Origin: Solobacterium sp.
Lineage (GTDB): Bacteria > Bacillota_I > Bacilli_A > Erysipelotrichales > Erysipelotrichaceae
Length of the DNA stretch: 64,000 bases
Assembly (NCBI GenBank): GCA_017469355.1
Contig: JAFUGM010000065.1
Span: 29,263-93,262, forward strand
Direction of reading: 5' to 3'
A model generated the notes under the pieces. It ran no database searches. It was not told the DNA's origin and saw only the letters and a program-made list of their open reading frames with translations. A program made the position numbers and the translations under genes. How positions within the stretch are numbered: position 1 is the first letter of the stretch; each line of letters starts with the position of its first letter. This document shows, piece after piece, positions 46,838 to 55,995 of this stretch.

Positions 46838-48997
46838 ATGATCGATGTCAGTATCTTGAATGAGGAACAGAAGGAAGCAGTTCTGGCGGAGGAGAAATAC
46901 CTGCGTGTGGTCGCTGGTGCCGGATCGGGAAAGACACGTGTACTGACAATGCGGATTGCCCACCTGATTCAGGATCTGGATGTTCGCCCGTCTTCTATTC
47001 TTGCGATTACCTTTACGAACAAGGCCGCCAATGAGATGAAGGAGCGGATTAAGAAAATGATGCCGGAGGAAACCTCTCAGGCATGGATTTCCACCATCCA
47101 TTCCCTGTGTGTACGGATTCTTCGGGAAGACATTCTGGCAATGGGGTGGCCCCGTAATTTCACGGTGCTTGATGCGGATGATCAGAAAAGCATTCTTCGG
47201 GAAGCCTATAAGGAATTTAAGGTTGATGCCCAGACCTATTCCTACAGTTCACTGCTGAACTATATCTCCAATAATAAGTCTGCGGATATCAGCGTAGACC
47301 GTGCCTATGTGTTAGCCGGGTCGTATTCCGGGGAAAAGATCAAGGCGCAGATTTATGAATACTATGTAAAGCGACAGAATGATCTCTATGCGCTGGACTT
47401 TGATGATCTGATTCTCTATACCGTACGGATGTTTCGGAAGTATACGGAGATTCTTGCGAAATGGCAGCGGCGCTTTGGCTATATACATGTGGATGAGTTC
47501 CAGGATATTGATGGAATTCAGTATGAACTGATTCGTCAGCTTACCGGAATGAATAACAGTCTGTATGTGGTCGGAGATCCCGATCAGACTATCTATACCT
47601 GGAGAGGCGCAGACGTGAATATCATTCTTAATTTCACGAAAGACTTCCCCACAAGCCGTACGATTTACCTGAATCAGAATTATCGCAGTACCTCTGTGAT
47701 TCTGAATGGCGCAAACTCCGTCATTAAACATAACCGGAATCGTCTGGAAAAGGATCTGTTTACCAGCCGGGAAAGTGAAGAAAAGATCATTCACTATTCC
47801 AGTGCTGGAGAAGAATATCAGGCAGTATGGATTGCCAATACGATCAAGGAACTGCATAGTTCAGGGAAGGATTATCACGATATTGCGATTCTCTATCGCT
47901 CCAATTATCTGTCAAGAGCACTGGAAAAAGCATTGCTTGATGAGCGGATTCCCTATGTCATTTATGGTGGGGTGCGCTTCTATGAACGGCAGGAAATCAA
48001 GGATGCGCTCTGCTATCTTCGTATGGTCACATCAGCGGATGACCTGGCATTGCGCCGTATCATAAACAAACCGAAGCGGGGACTTGGAAATAAATCGCTT
48101 GATACGATTGAAGAGGCCGCCCGGGCAAGTCAGAGAACCATGTATGAGGTGATACGGGATGATAAGGTGCTGAGTGGAAAGGCACAGAAAACCGTGGATG
48201 CCTTTGTGGCGATGGTGGAACGCTGGAGACGGAAGGCGGAAGAAGGTGAAGTGGAGCTGTTCCGTCTGTTCGAACAGATTCTTGATGAATCCGGTCTGAA
48301 ACATTCCTATGAAGAAAACCAGGAACTGGACCGGGTAGAAAACATGAAGGAATTAATCGATGATGTCCGGGAATTTACCGTAAACTATCCCGAATCTACG
48401 CTGGAAGAATATCTTCAGGAGGTCAGTCTTTATGGCGATCGGGATGAAGTGCTGAGTTCCGACTATGTACAGCTCATGACCGTTCATTCTGCTAAGGGTC
48501 TGGAGTTCGACACGGTATTCGTAACCGACATGAACGATGGTATCTTCCCCAATGAGCGGGCAATGAATGACGGAAATAAAGGAGTAGAGGAAGAGCGTCG
48601 TCTTGCGTACGTAGCCTTTACCCGTGCAAAAAACCGTTTGTATCTCACCGAAGCCGCAGGCTACAGTTACATTCTTCAGAAGGTGCGTACCAGAAGTCGT
48701 TTCATCGATGAAATCGATGACTCCTGCATTGAACATCAGGGCGCCGTACGGGAAGAAACGAAACCGGGATGGATCAGTATCTTTGAAGATAAGCCAGTGA
48801 AGGAAACCCGGATGGATTCCTCGATGATTACCCAGTACAGAAAGGGAGAACAGGTAGTTCATTCCAAGTTTGGGGAAGGGGTTGTATTGAAGTGCACCGG
48901 AGGGATTGTGGAAATCGCATTTCCGTATCCCTATGGAGTAAAGAAGATCGCGGCCGGGCATCCCTCGCTCACCCGCAAGAAGGAATTATTGAGCTGA
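46838..48997 (+). CDS. pcrA: ATP-dependent DNA helicase PcrA
   Basis: AGAGSGKT, TFTNKAA, VDEFQD, VGDPDQTIY, NYRS, MTVHSAKGLEF, EERRLAYVA.TRA; start ATG 46838. Confidence 0.95.
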   Translation: MIDVSILNEEQKEAVLAEEKYLRVVAGAGSGKTRVLTMRIAHLIQDLDVRPSSILAITFTNKAANEMKERIKKMMPEETSQAWISTIHSLCVRILREDILAMGWPRNFTVLDADDQKSILREAYKEFKVDAQTYSYSSLLNYISNNKSADISVDRAYVLAGSYSGEKIKAQIYEYYVKRQNDLYALDFDDLILYTVRMFRKYTEILAKWQRRFGYIHVDEFQDIDGIQYELIRQLTGMNNSLYVVGDPDQTIYTWRGADVNIILNFTKDFPTSRTIYLNQNYRSTSVILNGANSVIKHNRNRLEKDLFTSRESEEKIIHYSSAGEEYQAVWIANTIKELHSSGKDYHDIAILYRSNYLSRALEKALLDERIPYVIYGGVRFYERQEIKDALCYLRMVTSADDLALRRIINKPKRGLGNKSLDTIEEAARASQRTMYEVIRDDKVLSGKAQKTVDAFVAMVERWRRKAEEGEVELFRLFEQILDESGLKHSYEENQELDRVENMKELIDDVREFTVNYPESTLEEYLQEVSLYGDRDEVLSSDYVQLMTVHSAKGLEFDTVFVTDMNDGIFPNERAMNDGNKGVEEERRLAYVAFTRAKNRLYLTEAAGYSYILQKVRTRSRFIDEIDDSCIEHQGAVREETKPGWISIFEDKPVKETRMDSSMITQYRKGEQVVHSKFGEGVVLKCTGGIVEIAFPYPYGVKKIAAGHPSLTRKKELLS

Positions 48998-49656
48998 TGC
49001 ATATCTGGAGACAATTGTCACCGCAGGAGAGAAAACAGTACTTTCTGGATTACTATCTCGTAAAAACACTGATTGGTATTGCGGTGCTGATTTTTCTTGT
49101 GGTTCTGATTCGTGATCTGACGGCAGTGAAAAAAACATATGCGCTGCGGATTGGAGTCTATGACACTTCCTTCACCGATCATGAAAAGGATGATTTGATC
49201 TATCACATTCAGAAAACCCTGAATACGGCAGAGTCCGTGGAAATCGATGACGCGTATACTTCTCTGAATGATCAGGATCTGATGCGGATCGTCTCACGAT
49301 CCACCAGCGGTCAGCTGGATGTGATCCTTGCGGATCGAACTACCTTTGAATATCTTGCGGGATATGGGTACTTCAAGGATCTGGAACAATCTGCTTCTGA
49401 GGAGTTTCTGAGTATTTATTCTGAACGGTTGTTATACTGCGCTGGCCTTGATATTGGGGAAGATGGATTCCAGAAAGAAAACGCTGAAGGCAATGGCGAG
49501 CTTTACGCCGCAGGAGTTCTGTTAGAAGGAACTGGGCTTGCGGAATACCTGCCCGACATGGAAGAACCGGTAATGGGTGTAATATATGAGTCGGAACATC
49601 TCAAGCAGGCAGAAGCACTTCTGCAGTTGATGGGTACCTCAGGGAGGAAAGAATAG
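48997..49656 (+). CDS. Hypothetical membrane-anchored protein
   Basis: TGATG overlap with pcrA; N-terminal TM helix; 219 aa. Confidence 0.7.
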   Translation: MHIWRQLSPQERKQYFLDYYLVKTLIGIAVLIFLVVLIRDLTAVKKTYALRIGVYDTSFTDHEKDDLIYHIQKTLNTAESVEIDDAYTSLNDQDLMRIVSRSTSGQLDVILADRTTFEYLAGYGYFKDLEQSASEEFLSIYSERLLYCAGLDIGEDGFQKENAEGNGELYAAGVLLEGTGLAEYLPDMEEPVMGVIYESEHLKQAEALLQLMGTSGRKE

Positions 49657-50802
49657 ATGAACCAGGAGCTCAGTCTGAAAACACCAGTGAAGCAGCGAGC
49701 GATTTCCTTGAAACAGGAGATGGAAGAACTTCCGGTTGTGATTCATCCGGAAGAGTTTCTGGCTGGTGAAGTCATTCAAGGACAGGAACCGGTCTATTAT
49801 CTGTTTCCTGATATGAAACGCTGGCTCACCCTTGGCCCGGCAACCCTTCGCGGCAGAATCAAGGAACAGCTGTATGTTTGTTCTGGCGAGAGACGCGAAT
49901 TATACGAATGTGTTCTGCTTGTGCTGGATGGAGCGATTACATACATGTCACGCTGTGCCAAGAACGCAGATCGAATGAGCGTCGATCTGCCGGAATATGA
50001 AGAAACACTTCGCTCGACTGCCCATGTCTGCCGTGATCTGACGGGGCGGGCGGCCCAGACGTATTGGGAAGCCCTGCAGTCCGCGTTATTTCTGATGATA
50101 CTGTTACAGAATGAAAATCGCAGCGGACGGTTTTTGATTGGCCGGGTGGATCGATTGCTCAATCATTACTATCTGCAAGATCTGCGGCAGGGGACATTGA
50201 ATGAAGAAGTTGCGAAGGAGCTTACGTTGGAGTTTGTCCGCAAATGCGGCCCGATTGTCCCAGAAGAAGCAGGAGAAAATGAAACGGAACTGACAGAAGT
50301 ATTCCGCAAAGTTCAGAAGGAACTTGGGGTAAGCCCGGATGATACGATCATGGAATACTATGAATCCGGTATCATGCATGGAAGGCTGACAACACCGTTA
50401 TTTGACTATCAGAAAATGAACGCATCCCTCTGGGATGAAACAAGAACATTTGGAAACGCAGAAGAATTGAAGGACTATACGCTGTCACTCATTCGGGAGT
50501 GGGCTGTTCATATCGGAAAGAAAATCGTGGATGTATGCGCATCTTCTCCGTTACTTTCCTCTGTTACGGAAGGGACCCTGGAAGGTGGGACGGATATTTC
50601 TCTTGAGATGAAAGCCACAATTCTTTCGGACCTGCAGTTTGCGGGAGAAGAAGTATTCCTGTCTAAGGTTCAGCAGATACTGAGCGAGTTGAATGCCGGT
50701 GAAGAAGATCTCAGCGAGCAGTTTCGCAGAGAAGCGATTGAAACATTGAATCAATATGTATTACCGGCACTGGATCATGACGAGGAGGAATCTCTGGGAT
50801 GA
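49657..50802 (+). CDS. Shortened glycyl-radical-enzyme homologue lacking both catalytic loops
   Basis: Blocks align by eye to the intact GRE at 14507 (YWEALQ, GRVDRLL..YY..DL..G.L, LLSSVTEG.LEGG.D); no GCxE and no RVxG. Confidence 0.75.
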   Translation: MNQELSLKTPVKQRAISLKQEMEELPVVIHPEEFLAGEVIQGQEPVYYLFPDMKRWLTLGPATLRGRIKEQLYVCSGERRELYECVLLVLDGAITYMSRCAKNADRMSVDLPEYEETLRSTAHVCRDLTGRAAQTYWEALQSALFLMILLQNENRSGRFLIGRVDRLLNHYYLQDLRQGTLNEEVAKELTLEFVRKCGPIVPEEAGENETELTEVFRKVQKELGVSPDDTIMEYYESGIMHGRLTTPLFDYQKMNASLWDETRTFGNAEELKDYTLSLIREWAVHIGKKIVDVCASSPLLSSVTEGTLEGGTDISLEMKATILSDLQFAGEEVFLSKVQQILSELNAGEEDLSEQFRREAIETLNQYVLPALDHDEEESLG

Positions 50803-51623
50803 GGTATCTGTTTCTGGATATTGATAATACGCTTTACAGTCCTGCTCAGGGCTGTATTCCTTCATCTGCCCTGCAGGCGATCTCTTCTGCCAGGAAAAAC
50901 GGTTCGAAGGTATTTCTCTGTACGGGGCGAAGCCTTGCGGAGAGTGCGGATTATCTTCAGCTTCCCATTGATGGATTTGTATTTGCGAGTGGGGCCATGT
51001 GCTACGCTGAAGGGAAACGGGTTTACGACCATCCAATTGAGGCGGAGCTGATTCAGGAAGTGGAACAGTTAATTCATTCCTGTGGAATGGGCGTGCTGCT
51101 GGGCGGTTCTGCCGGAGCGTATGTGGATTCCTTGTGTCGGACGCATCTAGAAGGATATCTCAGCGGCGGCGATACGGATCAGGGAAACCGCCTTGCGGTG
51201 ATGTTAAGAAATGGAATGTATTCGTATGCGGATCGTCATCCGGCAGATCCCATCTATAAGCTCGGTGCCAGTGTTGAACATGGTGGGTCCTTCGAAGAGC
51301 TGAGGACGCGGCTCCCGGAGGCACTGAATATGATTGTCACGATCACCTCTTCCAGCGGTGATTTTGCGGAGATCACGGATAAACGCATTAATAAGGCAAC
51401 TGGGATCCAGCAGATTTTGAAGACCTATGGCGCAGATATGGAAGAAGCGGTCGGGATCGGAGACAGCGGAAATGATATTGAAATGATCCGGGCCTGTGGG
51501 GTTGGCATAGCGATGGGGAATGCATTCCCTGAAGTGAAGGAAGCCGCAGACTGGGTGACGACACATATTGATGAAGACGGATTGCGTAACGCATTTCTTC
51601 ATGTCGGAGTGATCACGGAGTAA
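50799..51623 (+). CDS. Cof-type HAD-IIB family hydrolase
   Basis: FLDIDNTL, LCTGRS, INKATG, GDSGND.EMI, AMGNA. Confidence 0.93.
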   Translation: MRYLFLDIDNTLYSPAQGCIPSSALQAISSARKNGSKVFLCTGRSLAESADYLQLPIDGFVFASGAMCYAEGKRVYDHPIEAELIQEVEQLIHSCGMGVLLGGSAGAYVDSLCRTHLEGYLSGGDTDQGNRLAVMLRNGMYSYADRHPADPIYKLGASVEHGGSFEELRTRLPEALNMIVTITSSSGDFAEITDKRINKATGIQQILKTYGADMEEAVGIGDSGNDIEMIRACGVGIAMGNAFPEVKEAADWVTTHIDEDGLRNAFLHVGVITE

Positions 51624-51626
51624 GCC

Positions 51627-53603
51627 ATGAATAATCAGAAAGTAAGTGAAATGCGGGAATTAATTGACCGCCTGAATCACGCATCAGAAGCCTATTACAA
51701 CGGTCTTCCCGAAGAGATGACAGACTATGAGTGGGACGCGCTGTTTGATCGGGTCAAACGCCTGGAAGAAGAAACCGGATTTCAGTTTCCGGACAGCCCG
51801 ACAGCGAATGTCTCGGCAGATACGACGGTTGGGCAGAAAGAACCGCATGAATTTGCGGCGCTTTCCCTTGCGAAAACAAAACGCCCGGAAGATCTTGTGA
51901 AATGGGCGGAAGGAAAACCGATCTGGATTTCCTGGAAGCTGGATGGACTGACTCTGGTTGTGACCTATGACAATGGGCATTTAACGAAGATCGTCACCCG
52001 TGGGGATGGTCATATCGGAACCAATATCACACATCTTCGATCTGGAATTCAGGGGATTCCCGAGCAGATTCCCTATACCGGACACACGGTGATCCGTGGA
52101 GAAGCTGTCATATCGTATAAGGACTTTGAGACATTCCGTCTTGAGTCGGAAGAAGATTATGCCAATCCACGTAATCTTGCGTCAGGATCATTGACACTCA
52201 AAGATGTGGAAGAAGTTAAGAAACGTCATATCCACTGGATACCCTTTACGCTGGTGCATATGGATGAGCCATGCGTTTCCTGGGGAGAACGGATGGACTG
52301 GCTGGACGCGCAGGGGTTTGACTCAGTCGAACGGGAACGGATTAATCATCCGGAACTGTCTGTCATACAGTCTGTCATTGACGCCTGGACGAAGAACGTT
52401 ACAGATCGTGTAAATCCCTATCCGGTCGACGGCCTGGTCATTGGCTATGACGATACGGAGTATGCGTCAACTGGCAGTGTAACCGGTCATCATGCGACAA
52501 GGGCCGGATATGCGTTTAAATGGCAGGATGAAGCGGTGGAGTCTTTGCTCGATCACATTGAATGGAGCTGTGCGGCTTCCACCATCACACCGGTTGCGGT
52601 ATTTGAACCGGTAGAAATTGAAGGAACAACGGTAAAGCGCGCAAGTCTCTGTAATATCAGTGAGTGTGAACGTCTTGGCATTGGTGATAAGGGGACGGTG
52701 CTTTCCGTCATCAAGGCGAATAAGATCATTCCCAAAGTAATTCATGTGTCAAAGACCGAAGGCGCATTGACGATACCTTGCGCCTGCCCGGTATGCGGAA
52801 GTGAAACGGGAATTTCTGTCAGTGAACAAAGTGGGACGAAGACATTAAAGTGCCTGAATCCGGACTGCGCCGCCAAGCAGTTAAAGAAGTTTACACGCTT
52901 TGTGTCGAAGGGCGGTATGGATATTGATGGGATTTCCGAGCAGACACTCGATCGCTTTATCAATGAAGGATGGATTCGGGAATATGCGGATATCTACCGT
53001 CTGAGCGATCACCATGACGAGATCGCACAGCTGGATGGATTCGGGGAAAAGAGCGCAGACAATATTTCTGCCTCGATTGCGCAGGCAAGAAACGTTCCGG
53101 ATGCGCGAGTGATCTTTGCGTTATGTATTCCTCTGGTAGGCCCGGATGTCGCACGGAAACTGCTTTCTGCCTATTCGTTTCATGAGCTCTTTCAAGTGGC
53201 TCGACAGGCAGAAACAGAGGATTACTTCTCGGTAATTGATGGAATCGGACCGGAAAAAAGCGCGGCGTTTGTGTCATGGGTAAAGAACCCCGCCAACTGG
53301 CAGATTCTTGAGCATCTTCTTGAAGAAGTGGAAGTGGTGGAAAGCGTTACCGAACCGGGTGGAGCCAAATGCGCAAACCTGACCTTCGTGGTGACAGGCG
53401 ATGTACATATCTATAAGAACCGGAATGAACTGAAGGCGTATATTGAGTCTCAGGGTGGAAAGGTGACCGGATCGGTATCCGGAAATACCTCATTCCTGAT
53501 CAACAATGATGTGACAAGCACCTCCGGGAAGAACAGGAAAGCGCAGGAGCTTGGAATTCCGATTCTTTCCGAAGAAGAATTTGTTCGCCGCTTTCGGGAT
53601 TAA
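51627..53603 (+). CDS. ligA: NAD-dependent DNA ligase
   Basis: WKLDG adenylation motif, TRGDG, RGE, NPRNLASGS, Zn finger CPVCG...C, BRCT VVTG. Confidence 0.96.
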   Translation: MNNQKVSEMRELIDRLNHASEAYYNGLPEEMTDYEWDALFDRVKRLEEETGFQFPDSPTANVSADTTVGQKEPHEFAALSLAKTKRPEDLVKWAEGKPIWISWKLDGLTLVVTYDNGHLTKIVTRGDGHIGTNITHLRSGIQGIPEQIPYTGHTVIRGEAVISYKDFETFRLESEEDYANPRNLASGSLTLKDVEEVKKRHIHWIPFTLVHMDEPCVSWGERMDWLDAQGFDSVERERINHPELSVIQSVIDAWTKNVTDRVNPYPVDGLVIGYDDTEYASTGSVTGHHATRAGYAFKWQDEAVESLLDHIEWSCAASTITPVAVFEPVEIEGTTVKRASLCNISECERLGIGDKGTVLSVIKANKIIPKVIHVSKTEGALTIPCACPVCGSETGISVSEQSGTKTLKCLNPDCAAKQLKKFTRFVSKGGMDIDGISEQTLDRFINEGWIREYADIYRLSDHHDEIAQLDGFGEKSADNISASIAQARNVPDARVIFALCIPLVGPDVARKLLSAYSFHELFQVARQAETEDYFSVIDGIGPEKSAAFVSWVKNPANWQILEHLLEEVEVVESVTEPGGAKCANLTFVVTGDVHIYKNRNELKAYIESQGGKVTGSVSGNTSFLINNDVTSTSGKNRKAQELGIPILSEEEFVRRFRD

Positions 53604-53653
53604 ACATTCCGAAGGTAGAAAAAAAGAACATGAAGCGATAAAATGTACCTGCT

Positions 53654-54418
53654 ATGGCAACAAGTAAAACAAAAACAAAAACACCGTCACAGAGCACCAG
53701 ATCTTCCGGATCTGGATCAACGGTCAAAAAGAGCAGCGCGAAGCGTAAGAAAGCCAAAGCCAGCACTGGAACGAAGGTTCTGTTCTGGATTGTGCTGATT
53801 ATCTTTTTGATTCCGTTTCTTGTGATGGGATATATTCTCTTATCTGCCATGATGGATCAGGGAAAACCGGTCATCGGCAGCCGTTATGACAATGACCACG
53901 ACCCGGCCATTACCTCTGCGGAAGTAAGTGAAGTGGAAAGTGCGGTAAAGGGAGTCAGCGGAGTGGAAAGCAGTTTCGCAAATCTTGCGACAGGTACACT
54001 GCGTGTATATGCGGATATCAGTGACAGTGCTTCGGCGGAAAGCGCAGAAAACACCGCAAGAACGATTTATAACAAGGTGACAGGTGTTTTGAACCCCAGT
54101 GTCTATTTCTCCCAGAATAATGGGATGAAGATGTATGACCTGGAGATTCATGTCTATAATCAGAACAAGGATTCTGACAGTAACTTTGTATATGTGATCG
54201 CGACCAGGACCAGTTCCATGAGTGAACCGATCTATCAGCTGGTCAGTGAACCGATTGACGGAGAACTTGCGGAAAGCCTGCGACAGGCAGTGGAGAATCG
54301 AAATAATCCGACACCGACGCCGGATGAACTTACAGTTGGGGATGGCGATGTGGAAGAACTTCCCGATGATACAGAACCTCAGCCGGAGGAAGTTCAGGAA
54401 GATACAGATGAGGGATAA
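53654..54418 (+). CDS. Hypothetical membrane-anchored protein
   Basis: Basic N-tail, single TM helix, acidic C-tail; 254 aa. Confidence 0.75.
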   Translation: MATSKTKTKTPSQSTRSSGSGSTVKKSSAKRKKAKASTGTKVLFWIVLIIFLIPFLVMGYILLSAMMDQGKPVIGSRYDNDHDPAITSAEVSEVESAVKGVSGVESSFANLATGTLRVYADISDSASAESAENTARTIYNKVTGVLNPSVYFSQNNGMKMYDLEIHVYNQNKDSDSNFVYVIATRTSSMSEPIYQLVSEPIDGELAESLRQAVENRNNPTPTPDELTVGDGDVEELPDDTEPQPEEVQEDTDEG

Positions 54419-54453
54419 GGCATGCGGCGCATGCCTTATTTTATGGGAATGAT

Positions 54454-55782
54454 ATGAAAAAGAATGATCTCTGGGAAGCGACAGCAGAAGGATATACCTA
54501 TGACGGAGCCGGCGTAGTTCATGCGGGGGACCTTGTTTTTTTCGTTCCAGGTTTGTTGGAAGGAGAAACAGCGGAACTCGGTGTTACCGCCATGAAGAAA
54601 AACTATGGTTATGCGCGTATCGCAAAGCTGAAGAAAGCTTCAGCACATCGCGTCGAACCGGCATGTTCGGTATATAAACAGTGCGGCGGCTGTTCGTTAT
54701 TACATATGGATACGGAAGAGCAGATGCGCTTCAAGGAAGAAAAAGTCAAAGGTATCTTCCGTCAGAATGCGGGGATGGATATCACACCGCTTCCGATTCT
54801 TACAACAGAACATATCCATGCGTACCGTAATAAAGTACAGGTCCCTGTTCAGACAGATCATGGGACGGTAAGGATGGGCTTCTATCGTAATCGTACAAAT
54901 GAGATTGTGGAGTTTGACCGCTGTGTTGTGCAGACAGATCTTTCAAATGACATCGTGCAGTTCATTAAACAGGAACTGGCAAAACTTCACTGTAATGGAT
55001 TTCGTCATGTGTTAATCAAACATGCCCATCATACAGGGCAGGTAATGATCTGCCTGATTGTAAGAGAGTATCCTTTCCGCAATGCGGAGAAACTGGTGTT
55101 GGAAACGGTAAAGCGATTTCCTGCGATACGTTCTTTTACCTGCATTGTGAATCGGAGAGAAGACAATGTGATTCTGGATGGCAGGGAAACCGTTCTATAT
55201 GGTGATCCCTATATTGAGGAAGAACTTCTCGGGTGCCGATTCCGGATCAGTGCCAGATCGTTTTTTCAGATTAATCCCTACAGTACGGAATTGCTGTATT
55301 CAAAGGCAATTGAGTATGCGGGTCTTTCTGGAAAGGAAACAGTCATTGATCTTTATTGCGGAACCGGCACTATCGGCATCTTATGCGCAAAGCATGCGAA
55401 AAAGGTATATGGAATCGAAATTGTGGAAGATGCGATAAAAGATGCGAAAGTAAACGCTGAACTGAATGATATTCATAACATCACATTCTTTGCGGCAGAT
55501 GCCAGAAAAGGCGCAAGGCGCCTGATAGAGAATAAGATCACTGCAGATGTGGTGATTGTGGATCCGCCAAGAAAAGGCTGTTCAAAAGAAACACTGGACG
55601 CAATACTTACAATCTCACCACACCGTCTTGTATATGTGTCATGTGATCCTGCGACTCTTGCGAGAGATTGCGCATATATGAAAGAGCACGGTTATTCTCC
55701 AGATAAGATTCAGCCAGTGGATATGTTTCCTGGAACAACGCATGTTGAGTGTGTGTCGTTGCTATGTCGCGAAGGACGTTGA
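54454..55782 (+). CDS. rlmD: 23S rRNA (uracil-5)-methyltransferase RlmD/RumA
   Basis: TRAM domain, CSVYKQCGGC, SFFQIN, DLYCGTGTIG, VDPPRKG, YVSCDPATLARD, DMFP.T.HVE. Confidence 0.95.
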   Translation: MKKNDLWEATAEGYTYDGAGVVHAGDLVFFVPGLLEGETAELGVTAMKKNYGYARIAKLKKASAHRVEPACSVYKQCGGCSLLHMDTEEQMRFKEEKVKGIFRQNAGMDITPLPILTTEHIHAYRNKVQVPVQTDHGTVRMGFYRNRTNEIVEFDRCVVQTDLSNDIVQFIKQELAKLHCNGFRHVLIKHAHHTGQVMICLIVREYPFRNAEKLVLETVKRFPAIRSFTCIVNRREDNVILDGRETVLYGDPYIEEELLGCRFRISARSFFQINPYSTELLYSKAIEYAGLSGKETVIDLYCGTGTIGILCAKHAKKVYGIEIVEDAIKDAKVNAELNDIHNITFFAADARKGARRLIENKITADVVIVDPPRKGCSKETLDAILTISPHRLVYVSCDPATLARDCAYMKEHGYSPDKIQPVDMFPGTTHVECVSLLCREGR

Positions 55783-55995
55783 AATACTGCGATTTGAAGC
55801 GCCTTTTCCGCATTTTGTCTTTACCCGGATCGATGATATATCTGTCATCAAAACACTGGTAAAAACCATAAATGTGTCGGTAAGGATGTATATTTAGCGC
55901 CGGTTGCAATGTGTAGAATATAATTATTGGAACTAGTCTTATTATCCGTACATCACGTGAAATACTAATTATTGCAAATAGACGAAGGAGTAATT

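Noticed and set aside
43897-48961. Long antisense ORFs over vanY-like, rluA, methyltransferase and pcrA genes
   Set aside because: These are shadow frames of well-supported genes with no motifs or RBS; the same applies to most short overlapping ORFs in the track
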